From the NCBI GenBank assembly GCA_965231105.1, contig OZ246417.1, forward strand, positions 768,908 through 832,907: a stretch of 64,000 bases of DNA, written 5' to 3'. The translations under genes were made by a program, and so were the position numbers. Numbering within the stretch: position 1 is the stretch's first letter; the number at the start of each line of letters is the position of its first letter. The notes below the pieces were generated by a model. The model did no database searches, was not told the DNA's origin, and was given only the letters and a program-made list of their open reading frames with translations. This DNA is from an uncultured Candidatus Saccharibacteria bacterium (GTDB lineage: Bacteria > Patescibacteriota > Saccharimonadia > Saccharimonadales > JACDBH01). Below, piece by piece: positions 36,752-46,684 of the stretch.

Positions 36752-36934
36752 ATGGAACAAAGCAGAGAAATAAACGATACTCGTGCCTTTTTGGAAGGCT
36801 TAGGCGAGCCAACCGATGAAGAATTGACTCAGATTGATGAATTCGTGGAAGACGATCTTATTTTTTATAGTGACGATGAGTTAGATGATGAGAATGTCGA
36901 GCTCAGAGCAGACTTCGACCAGGATGTTGCATAA
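36752..36934 (+). CDS. Hypothetical small acidic protein
   Basis: 60-aa ORF rich in Asp/Glu. No motif recognised. Confidence 0.3.
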   Translation: MEQSREINDTRAFLEGLGEPTDEELTQIDEFVEDDLIFYSDDELDDENVELRADFDQDVA

Positions 36935-36966
36935 CAGATAGAAGTGTGCTAGAGTAGTGCCAAGAT

Positions 36967-37233
36967 ATGATTAGTAGTGAGGATAAGCAAAAGGCTATTG
37001 CCAGCACGCAGACGCATAAAACCGATACCGGTAGCGCACCTGTTCAGGCTGCTATTTTGACAAAGCGCATCGCTGAGCTTACTGAGCACCTTAAAACCAA
37101 CAAGAAGGATCACGCAGCACGTCGTGGTTTGCTCCAAATGGTTGGCAAGCGTAAGAAGCTCCTCCGCTACGTATCTGAAAAAGACACCACTACTTACGTT
37201 AAAACAGTCGAAAAGCTCGGTCTTCGGAAGTAA
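36967..37233 (+). CDS. rpsO: 30S ribosomal protein S15
   Basis: TGS..VQ.AILT.RI..LTEHLK.NKKDH..RRGLL.MVG.R..LL.Y is the S15 signature. Confidence 0.92.
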   Translation: MISSEDKQKAIASTQTHKTDTGSAPVQAAILTKRIAELTEHLKTNKKDHAARRGLLQMVGKRKKLLRYVSEKDTTTYVKTVEKLGLRK

Positions 37234-37386
37234 TTTATACATTCCTACCAGGTTATTTGATCTCAAGTAACCCCGCAGAAATGCATAAACTAAGCAGGGA
37301 CTACTCTTAGTGGCAGAGCTTAAGGCATACGGTGTAGCATTTCGCGTATACCTGAACCTTGCGACTAAGTGTCCAAAAGGAGTTTC

Positions 37387-39525
37387 ATGGGAACAATCAA
37401 CCCTTACGGCAAAAAACTTATAACAGTTGAAACAGAGTGGTGTGGCCGGCCGCTGAAACTAGAAGTAAATCGTGTTGGGTTTCGTACAAGCGCCTCTGTG
37501 TTGGTAACGTACGGAGACACTGTCGTACTGGGTACGGCAATGGTGGGCAAAGGAAGTATCCAGGGCATGGATTACTTTCCGCTCTCAATTGATTATGAAG
37601 AAAAGTTTTATGCAGCGGGTAAGATTAGCGGTTCCCGTTTTATTAAAAGAGAAGGCAGGCCATCTGACGATGCAGTACTTGTTGGCCGATTGATCGACCG
37701 CCCCATTCGCCCACTCTGGCCAAAAGGCTATCGGCAGGAGGTGCAGGGCGTTGCTTCTGTCTTAAGTATGGATCCAGGCTTCCGTCCTGATATGGTGGCG
37801 ATGATTGCTATGAGTACTGCCTTTATGCTCACGGGTGCTCCTTTTGAGGGTCCGGTAGCAGGCGTACGTGTAGGATACGATGAAGACGGTAAACTGGCGG
37901 CATTTTTGTCAGCTGAGCAGCTTGACAATGGTGGCCTCGATCTCGTGGTAGCTGGCACAAAAGATGCCATCATGATGGTTGAAGCTGGGGCTAATGAAGT
38001 AACCGAAGAAGCCGTTGCTGAAGCATTGCAGTTTGCGCATGACGCTATTCAGCCAGCCATTGCTGTTCAGGAGGAGTTGGTTAAAAAAGTTGGCGTTGAA
38101 CAGCTAGAGTACGAAATCGTAAAGCCGGATGAAGCAATTCAGAAGGTTGTTGATGAATGGACAAAGGGTAAACTTGGCGCTAGCTGTCGGAAGCCTTACC
38201 CAGAACGTAATGAGATTATTTCTGAACTACGCGATCAAATGGAAGAGCACTTTGCTAAGGAATTAGGCGAAGAAGTTTTTGGCGACGTTAAGAATGACTA
38301 TCATGAAGCGTTCACTATGGCGGTTCATAAAGACGTTCGTGAAGGTATTGTGAATGAAAACATTCGTCCTGACGGTCGTAAGCTTAACGAGATTCGTCCA
38401 TTAAGTTCTGAAGTCGGTATTCTTCCACGCGCTCACGGCTCAAGCCTATTTACCCGTGGTATGACTCAAGGACTTAATATCGTTACCCTAGCACCTCTTT
38501 CTTACGCGCAGCTTGTTGATACGATGGAAAAGAATGGTGAGCGACGCTACATGCACCACTACAACGCACCGGGGTATACCGTTGGTGAAGTTCGTCGTCT
38601 GGGAAGCCCAGGCCGTCGTGAGATTGGCCACGGCTATCTCGCAGAACGCGCACTAACAGCCGTTTTGCCAGAAGAAAGTGAGTTTCCTTATACGATCCGT
38701 TCAGTTACAGAAATTATGTCCCAGAATGGTTCGACCTCAATGGCGGCTACTTGTTCCAGCTGTTTGGCGCTTATGGATGCGGGTGTGCCGCTGAAACGGC
38801 CTGTTTCTGGTATTGCGATGGGACTCATGATGGATGGCGATAAGCCATATATTTTGAGCGATATAGCTGATGCTGAAGACTTTGCGGGTGACATGGACTT
38901 TAAGACCGCTGGTACCGAGAAGGGTATTACCGCGCTTCAGATGGATATGAAAGTGCACGGTTTGCCAGTGGAGATTTTGAAGCAGGCTTTACTGCAAGGA
39001 AAAGAAGGCCGCACAGAAATCTTGCGACACATGCTCGAAACTATTAGCAAGCCAGGCGAAATGAGTCCGTACGCACCACGTGTTGAATCTATTTCGATCA
39101 ATCCCGACAAGATTCGTGAAGTTATTGGTAAGGGTGGTGAAACAATTCAAAAGATTACCGCTGAAACTGGTACTGAAATTGATATTAAAGATGACGGTAC
39201 GATCATGATCGCGAGCCCCGATAAGGCTAAGATCGATGCGGCAATTAAGTGGATTAAGGGTATTACCGATGATCCAGAAGTTGGTGCAATCTATGAGAAT
39301 GTACCGGTTGTAAGCGTGTTGGATTTTGGTGCGTTTGTACAGATTCTGCCCGGTAAGGATGGATTAGTGCACATTTCCGAACTAAGTGAGGAGCGGGTTG
39401 AAAAGGTAACTGATGTTGTTAAGGAAGGCGATCGCGTAACGGTAAAGTTAGTTGCTATTGATGATCGTGGACGGCTTAACCTCAGTATGAAAGCTGCAAA
39501 GCGTGAACTTGAAGGAAAGAAGTAA
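37387..39525 (+). CDS. pnp: Polyribonucleotide nucleotidyltransferase
   Basis: Two RNase PH domains, then KH (IGKGGETIQKI) and S1 (VSVLDFGAFVQILPGKDGLVHISEL). The ATG at 37387 after AAAGGAG is preferred over the GTG at 37369. Confidence 0.95.
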   Translation: MGTINPYGKKLITVETEWCGRPLKLEVNRVGFRTSASVLVTYGDTVVLGTAMVGKGSIQGMDYFPLSIDYEEKFYAAGKISGSRFIKREGRPSDDAVLVGRLIDRPIRPLWPKGYRQEVQGVASVLSMDPGFRPDMVAMIAMSTAFMLTGAPFEGPVAGVRVGYDEDGKLAAFLSAEQLDNGGLDLVVAGTKDAIMMVEAGANEVTEEAVAEALQFAHDAIQPAIAVQEELVKKVGVEQLEYEIVKPDEAIQKVVDEWTKGKLGASCRKPYPERNEIISELRDQMEEHFAKELGEEVFGDVKNDYHEAFTMAVHKDVREGIVNENIRPDGRKLNEIRPLSSEVGILPRAHGSSLFTRGMTQGLNIVTLAPLSYAQLVDTMEKNGERRYMHHYNAPGYTVGEVRRLGSPGRREIGHGYLAERALTAVLPEESEFPYTIRSVTEIMSQNGSTSMAATCSSCLALMDAGVPLKRPVSGIAMGLMMDGDKPYILSDIADAEDFAGDMDFKTAGTEKGITALQMDMKVHGLPVEILKQALLQGKEGRTEILRHMLETISKPGEMSPYAPRVESISINPDKIREVIGKGGETIQKITAETGTEIDIKDDGTIMIASPDKAKIDAAIKWIKGITDDPEVGAIYENVPVVSVLDFGAFVQILPGKDGLVHISELSEERVEKVTDVVKEGDRVTVKLVAIDDRGRLNLSMKAAKRELEGKK

Positions 39526-39538
39526 TAAGGGAGGGGTT

Positions 39539-39775
39539 ATGGGTAAAAAAGCCGAGAAGACATACACAGTTTTAGTGGGGATCTTCGGAACTTTTGCGTT
39601 GACGTTCCTTTACTACGGCTATGTCGCAGACTACGCCGAGCCAAGAACTATAGGAGATGGTTTAGGCCTCGGAATTGGAATCCTTATCGCTCGTACGGTA
39701 GGCATAGGTAGTCTTGTCTTAGGCGGAATTTTTCTTCTACTACTTTTAATGAGCAAGACGAGGAATCAGAAATAG
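39539..39775 (+). CDS. Hypothetical small membrane protein
   Basis: Two TM helices. GGGAGGGG SD before the ATG at 39539. Confidence 0.4.
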   Translation: MGKKAEKTYTVLVGIFGTFALTFLYYGYVADYAEPRTIGDGLGLGIGILIARTVGIGSLVLGGIFLLLLLMSKTRNQK

Positions 39776-39778
39776 AGC

Positions 39779-40363
39779 ATGAGCAAACAGGCCAAGCTCG
39801 ACCAGATTAAGGCAGATATTTTAAAAAAGAATATCTGCCCAGATTTGGCCAAGACAGCCAAGCAGCTCGTTTTCGGAGATGGCAACCCAGATGCTCAGAT
39901 CGTCTTTATTGGCGAAGCACCGGGCAAAAACGAAGACGAGCAGGGACTGCCATTCGTAGGAGCAGCAGGTAAGTTCTTGAACGAAATGCTGGAACTTATC
40001 GGCCTTCAGCGAAAGGACATTTACATTACAAACATCGTTAAGTACCGGCCACCGAATAATCGTGATCCATTTCCGGATGAGAAAGCTGATTTTCTGCCAT
40101 ATTTGGAGGCACAGCTTAAGGTAATTCAGCCTAAAATAGTCGTGACCCTAGGAAGGCACAGTATGAATTGCTTCTTGCCAGACCTGCAGATTAGCCAGGT
40201 ACATGGACAGCCGAAGCGGTATAAAGGACAGGTTTATCTACCTTTATTCCATCCGGCCGCAGCGCTCTATAACGGAGGTATGCGCCAAACGTTAATAGAC
40301 GACTTTGTGAAAATCCCAATAATTATTAAAAAACTTGAATCTGAAAAGAAGGAGAAAAATTAA
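39779..40363 (+). CDS. Uracil-DNA glycosylase, family 4
   Basis: [20 protein letters not shown] and HPAA motifs. Confidence 0.85.
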   Translation: MSKQAKLDQIKADILKKNICPDLAKTAKQLVFGDGNPDAQIVFIGEAPGKNEDEQGLPFVGAAGKFLNEMLELIGLQRKDIYITNIVKYRPPNNRDPFPDEKADFLPYLEAQLKVIQPKIVVTLGRHSMNCFLPDLQISQVHGQPKRYKGQVYLPLFHPAAALYNGGMRQTLIDDFVKIPIIIKKLESEKKEKN

Positions 40364-40364
40364 T

Positions 40365-42509
40365 ATGGACAATAAACCAAGAAATAATAGACCACCAAGA
40401 CCTGCCAGTAATCGTAGTGCTCGTGGTGGCAATAACTTTAGAAATAATAATCAAAATAGGCCGAATGGCGGCCAGAATAAGCAGCAAGGTAATGGTGGCA
40501 ACGGACTACGCAAGACCTCTCGCGGAGCGGCAATGCGCGCTCAAAAGCGCACCATTGAAGATGCTACCAGAGAAATTAACAGCGTGCTCGGGACCCCCGC
40601 GAACGGGCAGCGTAATGGAGAAACCGCAGATCGACCTCGTGCCAACTTTATAGATGATCGTCCTGTACTTAAGGTGATCGGTCTTGGCGGTATGGATGGC
40701 GGTGGTTCTAAGAACACGATCCTCGTTGAATATATGAATGACGCTGTCATTATTGACTGTGGTAACGATCTTGGCGTTGATTTACCGGGTATCAACTACG
40801 GTATCTGTGATATGAGCTACCTTGAGACGATCCGTCATAAACTACGGGGCTATATCATTACCCACGGGCACCTAGATCACATTGGTGGCTTGCCACATAT
40901 CGTGCCGCAATTCCCAGCGCCAGTGTACGGCTCACGCTTTAGTATTGGCCGTGTACAGGAAATTTTTGAAAACTTTGGTCTGCCACTGCCAGAAGGCTTT
41001 GAGCTTAAGACTGTCATTATGAATGAGAATACTCATGAACGCCTAAAGATTGGCGAATTTTTTGTAGAACTTGTTCGAGTAACGCACTCAATTCCCGGAA
41101 GTACGATCGTGGTGCTTGATACGCCGGTAGGCCGGATTATTAATACCGGTGACTTCCGGCTTGATCCGAACCCACTCGATCACGAACGAACTGACGTAGA
41201 TCGCTTAACCGAGTTAGGTAACGAAGGGGTTTTGGCGCTTCTATCTGAAAGTACGACTCCAGAACGTCTTGGTCGTACGCCAAGTGAAAGTACTATCGAG
41301 CCAACCATTATCGACATTATGGAGCGTGCGCCAGGTCGTATTTTTGTAGGGCTGTTCAGCACAAACATGAATCGTGTCCAGATGATCGTGAACGCTGCGG
41401 TGCATCATAATCGTAAAATTGCACTTGATGGGCGGAGTATGGTTTCAACCCTCGAAATGGCAGTTCGTAACGGCTTCATGAAGATACCGAAAGGCACTTT
41501 TGTTCCGATCGCCAGCGTACCAAATATGAACGATAACGAAGTAGTGGTAGTCTGTACCGGATCTCAGGCTGAGCCAAGTTCCGCCTTGCAACGCATGAGC
41601 AACGGTGAGCACCGTCATATTAAACTGAAGGAACAAGACACAGTTGTCTTAAGTTCTACGCCAATTCCATACTCAGGCAACGACGGTAAAATTCGTGCTA
41701 TGCTCGACGATCTCTTTAAAAAGGGCGTACATGTCTATCGTCATGAAACTCATGAGCTTGACGGTGTTGGCCCATTACACGTATCTGGACATGCAAGTTC
41801 TGAAGAGTATAAGGACATGATTCGCATGACTAAGCCGAAGTTCTTTATCCCAATTTATGGAGATTACACGGCAAAGCGTCAGCATATTAACCTTGCAGTT
41901 GAAGAGGGAATTCCACGTAAGAATACGATTAATGCCGAGAATGGCGAAATCATTGCTTTAACTCCTGACAGTATGCAGGTGGTTGGAGAAGTTCCTCACG
42001 GCACCGTATTAGTTGATCAGGCGGGTGCAGTAGTTTCGGGTGTAGTTGTAAAAGATCGCTTGATATTGGCTGAAGAAGGTCTGGTTGCGGTCGTGCTAAC
42101 GATTGATCGTAAGACGGGTCAGCTCATGACAAGCCCTGATATTATCTCTCGCGGATTCATCTATATGCGTGATCAGGAAGAACTCATGAATGGTTTCCGC
42201 AACGAGTTACGCCGGGCAGTACAGCAGCGCTTCAAGCGGGTAGACCTCGATCGTTTCAAAGTTGAGTTAAAAGAACATATTACGCACTACCTATTTGAAC
42301 AGACACAGCGTTCACCAATTGTAATCCCTGTTGTGAATGTAGTGGGGGGCGGAAGAGTAGAGACAAAGGTAAATGGCGGTACGACCAACGGACACGCCAC
42401 TGCGGTTGCGGATTCACATGTAAAAACTGCAGAACAGACTGCTTACGAGCAACAGAAACGCTTCCAAGAGATGCGCCAGCGTCTACTCAATCAGGACCAG
42501 CAAGACTAA
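40365..42509 (+). CDS. rnj: Ribonuclease J with Arg/Asn/Gly-rich N-terminal extension
   Basis: Metallo-beta-lactamase motif ITHGHLDHIGG, beta-CASP, and an RNase J C-terminal domain. The first ~100 aa are low-complexity (RNNRPPRPASNRSARGGNNFRNNNQNRPNGGQNKQQGNGGNG). Confidence 0.9.
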   Translation: MDNKPRNNRPPRPASNRSARGGNNFRNNNQNRPNGGQNKQQGNGGNGLRKTSRGAAMRAQKRTIEDATREINSVLGTPANGQRNGETADRPRANFIDDRPVLKVIGLGGMDGGGSKNTILVEYMNDAVIIDCGNDLGVDLPGINYGICDMSYLETIRHKLRGYIITHGHLDHIGGLPHIVPQFPAPVYGSRFSIGRVQEIFENFGLPLPEGFELKTVIMNENTHERLKIGEFFVELVRVTHSIPGSTIVVLDTPVGRIINTGDFRLDPNPLDHERTDVDRLTELGNEGVLALLSESTTPERLGRTPSESTIEPTIIDIMERAPGRIFVGLFSTNMNRVQMIVNAAVHHNRKIALDGRSMVSTLEMAVRNGFMKIPKGTFVPIASVPNMNDNEVVVVCTGSQAEPSSALQRMSNGEHRHIKLKEQDTVVLSSTPIPYSGNDGKIRAMLDDLFKKGVHVYRHETHELDGVGPLHVSGHASSEEYKDMIRMTKPKFFIPIYGDYTAKRQHINLAVEEGIPRKNTINAENGEIIALTPDSMQVVGEVPHGTVLVDQAGAVVSGVVVKDRLILAEEGLVAVVLTIDRKTGQLMTSPDIISRGFIYMRDQEELMNGFRNELRRAVQQRFKRVDLDRFKVELKEHITHYLFEQTQRSPIVIPVVNVVGGGRVETKVNGGTTNGHATAVADSHVKTAEQTAYEQQKRFQEMRQRLLNQDQQD

Positions 42510-42525
42510 TAAGTGCATAAGCTTA

Positions 42526-42553
42526 TTGACAATATCTCAAATGCTCGTACAAT
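42526..42553 (+). promoter_or_regulatory. Promoter TTGACA-16-TACAAT upstream of the 42592 ORF
   Basis: The hexamers are followed by a TGCTATAGG element that is also found in the next promoter (42955). Confidence 0.4.
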
Positions 42554-42591
42554 TTTTGCTATAGGTAAAAAATAAAAAAAGGAAATAATAA

Positions 42592-42933
42592 ATGAATCCA
42601 CAAGATACACCTCCTTCAACAGAAGGCACTCCAGATGTAACACCACAAGGTCCCTTAACAGGGGAAGATGTAGTTGCGGCTGCAGCAGATGTCGTTAAGA
42701 GTAATCCGGATCTTAATCCGGGTGGTGCTGAGCCAACCGCAGATGCGCCCCTGGAGACAAGTGCAACTCCAACTTCTTCGGAGCCAGTAGCCTCGGCTGA
42801 AGCAACCCTTACAGATACTACTCCAGAAGTACCTCCAACCACCGTAGCTATGCCTGAGACAACAACAGAGGCCACAACTCCTTCAGTTTCGACCAGCAAC
42901 CCAGAATCACTCCCTTCTCACCCTACTGAGTAG
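42592..42933 (+). CDS. Hypothetical Pro/Thr/Glu-rich (probably disordered) protein
   Basis: ORF with an AAGGAA SD. Low-complexity composition and no signal peptide. Confidence 0.35.
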   Translation: MNPQDTPPSTEGTPDVTPQGPLTGEDVVAAAADVVKSNPDLNPGGAEPTADAPLETSATPTSSEPVASAEATLTDTTPEVPPTTVAMPETTTEATTPSVSTSNPESLPSHPTE

Positions 42934-42954
42934 ATCAAACAAACCATAAGCAAA

Positions 42955-42983
42955 TTGACAATTGTAGTAATTTTTGCTATAGT
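42955..42983 (+). promoter_or_regulatory. Promoter TTGACA-17-TATAGT (TG-extended) 6 nt upstream of the ATG at 42990
   Basis: Consensus -35, exact spacer, TGcTATAGT, then tttagt and ATG. The geometry is leaderless. Confidence 0.5.
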
Positions 42984-42989
42984 TTTAGT

Positions 42990-43343
42990 ATGAGTAGCGA
43001 AAACCCGCATCCTACTGATCCCTCTGGTATTGACCCGGCTGGGCTGCACGATGCGGTTGATCGTGTTATGGGTGCTGAACAGGATCCCACTGCGAAGCCA
43101 AATCCATTCGATAATCCACTTTTTCGACGCGAAGCAGGAGAGGGCTGGCATCCAGATGGACTAAGCAAGCGGTTGCTTGGGGCTATAATTGCCAGGGAAG
43201 CAATTGGTGATGAAATGGCGGCCGTTCATGACGAGGAAGAGCGTGCGATTTTAATGGAAGACTATAAACCTCAGGCTGATTTTGTAAATGAATTAAAGCA
43301 GCAACTAGGCATTGGTGATCCACCACCACGTACTGATAGCTAA
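42990..43343 (+). CDS. Hypothetical protein
   Basis: ORF behind a strong promoter. No motif recognised. Confidence 0.4.
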   Translation: MSSENPHPTDPSGIDPAGLHDAVDRVMGAEQDPTAKPNPFDNPLFRREAGEGWHPDGLSKRLLGAIIAREAIGDEMAAVHDEEERAILMEDYKPQADFVNELKQQLGIGDPPPRTDS

Positions 43344-43363
43344 ATGGTATAATTACTAAGATT

Positions 43364-45538
43364 ATGGCCAAAAAGAAAAAGCGCAAGAATAGTAAAAAAG
43401 AAGTTAAAGAACCAAATATGTTCTGGCGACAGAGCGGGGCATTGCTCCTCTTTATTTTTGCCATTTTTCTACTTATAGGTGGCTTTGGAGTTGGCGGTAG
43501 TTTGCCGATCAATATGTTTAAGGGTGTCTATTGGGCACTGGGATTGGCAGCATATCTTAGTCCGGTGGCATTATTTTATTTTGGTGTCTTGAAGTTTAAG
43601 ACTGAGGAGCATGAAATTCCACTTCACAACTTTGTGAGCATGCTTCTGCTACTCGTATTCTTAAGTAGTTGGTTGCATGTCGGATTTGTGTCTCAGCTTT
43701 CGGATGGTACATATGAAGGTGGGTCAGGCGGCAACGTTGGTAGCGCTATTGGTGGCACGGTCTTAAATGCCCTTGATCCATTGCCGGCCGCTATCATGTT
43801 CTTTGCCTTTACAGGGCTTGCAACTTTCTTTACATTCGGCATTTCACCTCAGGTAATATTAAAACTTGGTGGAATATTCAAACGAACTGATACGGATGAA
43901 GGAAGCGATCTCGCATCACTTGCTGGGCGCGTTCCGCAAACCAACTTTAAACTTAATGCCAATGTGCCGGTTGAACACGTAGGTAGCAACACATCGCTTA
44001 AAAATACTGCTCAGAAACTAACCAAAGAAGAGAATCATCAAGCCTTAACGGTAGCGAGTGATCCGGACTGGCAGTTCCCATCGCTTGATTTACTTAATCA
44101 GAAGCAGGACAAGGCTGATCCAGGTGATGTTGAAGCAAATGCAGGTACGATTCGTGATACCTTAGCTAACTTCAACATTGAAGTTGAAATGGCGGAGGCC
44201 AACATTGGCCCTCGTGTCACGCAATACACCCTCAAACCGCCGTCGGGTGTGAAGCTGAGCAAGATTACGGCACTTGAAAGTAATATTGCGCTTGATCTCG
44301 GGGCGCACACAATTCGTATGGAGGCACCAATTCCTGGCCAGAAAGCAGTTGGTATTGAGGTTCCGAATGAGAAGGCTGCAACCGTACGTGTATCAAGCGT
44401 ATTAAATGATACGGAGTGGACAAAACTCACAAGTCCGCTCGGAGTTGTTATTGGTAAAGATATTTCAGGCAAGGCTATTGTAGGGGCACTCGATAAGATG
44501 CCGCATCTTCTTGTTGCCGGTCAGACGGGTTCAGGTAAGTCGGTTATGATCAATGCTTTACTCACCAGTCTTCTATACCGCAACAGCCCATCAGATCTTA
44601 AGTTAATTCTCGTGGATCCTAAGCAAGTGGAAATGGCTCCTTACGAAGAGATCCCGCACCTTCTTACGCCTGTTATTACCGAGCCGGAAAAGTGTATCAG
44701 CGCGCTTAAGTGGGCTGTTGCAGAAATGGAGCGTCGGTACCGCACGCTTGCCGAGGCTAAAAAACGAAATATTGCTGAATACAACTCTGTTAAGCAAGAA
44801 GAAGGCATGCCGTATATTGTTATCGTGATCGACGAGCTGGCCGACCTTATGATGATGGCAGCTCGCGATGTAGAAGCGCTAATCGTACGTATTGCCCAAA
44901 AAGCTCGTGCGGTTGGTATCCATCTTGTACTGGCTACCCAACGTCCATCTGTCGATGTTATTACCGGACTTATTAAAGCTAATATTCCTGCTCGCATCGC
45001 CTTTACGGTTGCGAGCCAGGTAGACTCACGCACTATCATTGACGGTATTGGGGCAGAGAAGCTTCTTGGTATGGGCGACATGCTCTATAGCACTGCCGAT
45101 ATGCCAAAACCAAAGCGCGTACAGGGTGCTTTAATTGGTCCCGATGAAACTGAAAAGCTTACGGACTTCCTCCGTATGCAACGCCCACCACAGTATGATG
45201 ATGAAGTTGTTTCACAGCCCGTTCAGCTTAACGGCAAGGGTGGTATTGTGGCCGATTACGGCGCTAACGATGCCGACGATGATATGTGGAAGGATGCAGT
45301 GCGTGCGGTAATTGAAGCCCGCAAGGCTTCTACTTCACTTTTACAGCGTCGCTTGCGTATCGGTTATGGCCGTGCGGCTCGCTTGATTGAGACGATGGAA
45401 GAGCAGGGTATTATTGGAGCAGCTGACGGTTCACGTCCTCGCGATGTCTTGGTAAATAGCATGGATGAGGTCTTCGGTGGTGGTGTTGCAGCAGCCAGTG
45501 AGGGGGATGTCTACGACGAAATCCCGGACGAAGCTTAA
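43364..45538 (+). CDS. ftsK: DNA translocase FtsK
   Basis: N-terminal TM helices, linker, motor domain (HLLVAGQTGSGKS Walker A, VIVIDELADLMM Walker B) and a gamma wHTH (STSLLQRRLRIGYGRAARLIETME). Confidence 0.92.
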   Translation: MAKKKKRKNSKKEVKEPNMFWRQSGALLLFIFAIFLLIGGFGVGGSLPINMFKGVYWALGLAAYLSPVALFYFGVLKFKTEEHEIPLHNFVSMLLLLVFLSSWLHVGFVSQLSDGTYEGGSGGNVGSAIGGTVLNALDPLPAAIMFFAFTGLATFFTFGISPQVILKLGGIFKRTDTDEGSDLASLAGRVPQTNFKLNANVPVEHVGSNTSLKNTAQKLTKEENHQALTVASDPDWQFPSLDLLNQKQDKADPGDVEANAGTIRDTLANFNIEVEMAEANIGPRVTQYTLKPPSGVKLSKITALESNIALDLGAHTIRMEAPIPGQKAVGIEVPNEKAATVRVSSVLNDTEWTKLTSPLGVVIGKDISGKAIVGALDKMPHLLVAGQTGSGKSVMINALLTSLLYRNSPSDLKLILVDPKQVEMAPYEEIPHLLTPVITEPEKCISALKWAVAEMERRYRTLAEAKKRNIAEYNSVKQEEGMPYIVIVIDELADLMMMAARDVEALIVRIAQKARAVGIHLVLATQRPSVDVITGLIKANIPARIAFTVASQVDSRTIIDGIGAEKLLGMGDMLYSTADMPKPKRVQGALIGPDETEKLTDFLRMQRPPQYDDEVVSQPVQLNGKGGIVADYGANDADDDMWKDAVRAVIEARKASTSLLQRRLRIGYGRAARLIETMEEQGIIGAADGSRPRDVLVNSMDEVFGGGVAAASEGDVYDEIPDEA

Positions 45539-45680
45539 GGCCTTGCTAATTTTGTTATTTCACCGTATAATTACCTCTGTTATTAACTAACTTCAGGTTG
45601 CGGCTCTTAGGCACGCAATCTTGAGCCAAAGGAAGTTATACGAGGCAGGATAACGCTTTATAGCGTTGAGTGCAGGTGTA

Positions 45681-45696
45681 TTCCTTTAGAAAGGAA
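45681..45696 (+). promoter_or_regulatory. Hairpin pairing the rpsF Shine-Dalgarno (TTCCTTT/AAAGGAA)
   Basis: ttcctttagaaaggaa ends 4 nt before the ATG at 45700. The 3' arm is the only SD-like sequence. Confidence 0.3.
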
Positions 45697-45699
45697 CAA

Positions 45700-46092
45700 A
45701 TGAATCAATACGAAATTGCCGTATTATTCGATCCAGGTTTAGAAATTGATCTGGAGAAAGCTACCAGCAAGGTAGAAAAAATCATTACCACCGGTGGCGG
45801 TAAGATTGTAAATACCGATAACTGGGGCAAGCGTAAGCTGGCATATCCTATCAAGAAGCAGGACTTTGCTATTTACGTATTCTATACGGCTGAACTTTCA
45901 GGTGAGAGCGTTCAGAAGATCAATGATACGCTGAACATTACCGATGAAGTTATTCGTTTCCTCATTGTTCGCCCAGATCTTAAGAAGATCGCTAAGGCAG
46001 AAGCTTTGAAGGCTGAAAAAGCTGAAAAAGCAGCTGCTCGTGGTGATCGTGCTGGTGCGGATGAAGAAGAGGAAGAAAAAGACGAAGAGTAA
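45700..46092 (+). CDS. rpsF: 30S ribosomal protein S6 (acidic C-terminal tail)
   Basis: MNQYEIAVLFDP...NWGKRKLAYPI. The ATG at 45700 is preferred over the upstream in-frame start. Confidence 0.9.
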   Translation: MNQYEIAVLFDPGLEIDLEKATSKVEKIITTGGGKIVNTDNWGKRKLAYPIKKQDFAIYVFYTAELSGESVQKINDTLNITDEVIRFLIVRPDLKKIAKAEALKAEKAEKAAARGDRAGADEEEEEKDEE

Positions 46093-46176
46093 ATTTTACA
46101 ATTGCACGCGAGCGCTATCCAGCGTAACGTGTAGGTACATTACATAACAGGACATAGTTCCTACAAGGAGGTTATT

Positions 46177-46653
46177 ATGGCAAGGTCATTCAACCAAGTC
46201 ATTCTCATGGGCAACTTAACGAGGGATCCGGAACTCCGGAGCACACCGAGCGGCCAAAGTGTATGTAGCTTTAGCTTAGCACTGAACCGTAGCTATAAAG
46301 GTGCGGACGGTAACTGGCAGGAGGCAACAGACTATGTAGATGTTGTAGCCTGGGGTCCTTTAGGCGAACGAGTTGCTCAATACCTTACCAAGGGCCGACC
46401 GGCACTGGTAAGTGGACGTTTACAAAGCAGTAGTTGGGAAAAAGACGGTCAGAAGCGTTCTAAGGTAGAAGTGATCGCTAACGATGTCACATTCCTAGGT
46501 GGTCGTGACGGTGGCAATGGCGAAGGCGGAAGCAGCTATGGAGGTGGATCATCCGCACCCGCTTCTAAGCCAAGCAAAAAGCCAAAGGACGATGAAGTTG
46601 TGATCGAGGATATTGGTGATGAGCCAATCAATCTCGACGACATTCCATTCTAA
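46177..46653 (+). CDS. ssb: Single-stranded DNA-binding protein
   Basis: NQVILMGNLTRDPELR OB fold, Gly-rich linker, and the C-terminal acidic tip DDIPF. Confidence 0.92.
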   Translation: MARSFNQVILMGNLTRDPELRSTPSGQSVCSFSLALNRSYKGADGNWQEATDYVDVVAWGPLGERVAQYLTKGRPALVSGRLQSSSWEKDGQKRSKVEVIANDVTFLGGRDGGNGEGGSSYGGGSSAPASKPSKKPKDDEVVIEDIGDEPINLDDIPF

Positions 46654-46684
46654 GGAATACAGAACTACATTTAAGGAGAATTTA

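Noticed and set aside
45539-45699. Whether this or other long intergenic regions (54017-54206, 57622-57755, 37234-37386) encode SRP RNA, tmRNA, RNase P or 6S RNA.
   Set aside because: None contains the conserved cores I can recognise by eye, such as the SRP GGAAGGAAGCAGC-type domain IV or a tRNA-like tmRNA end. They are better explained as leaders and promoters.
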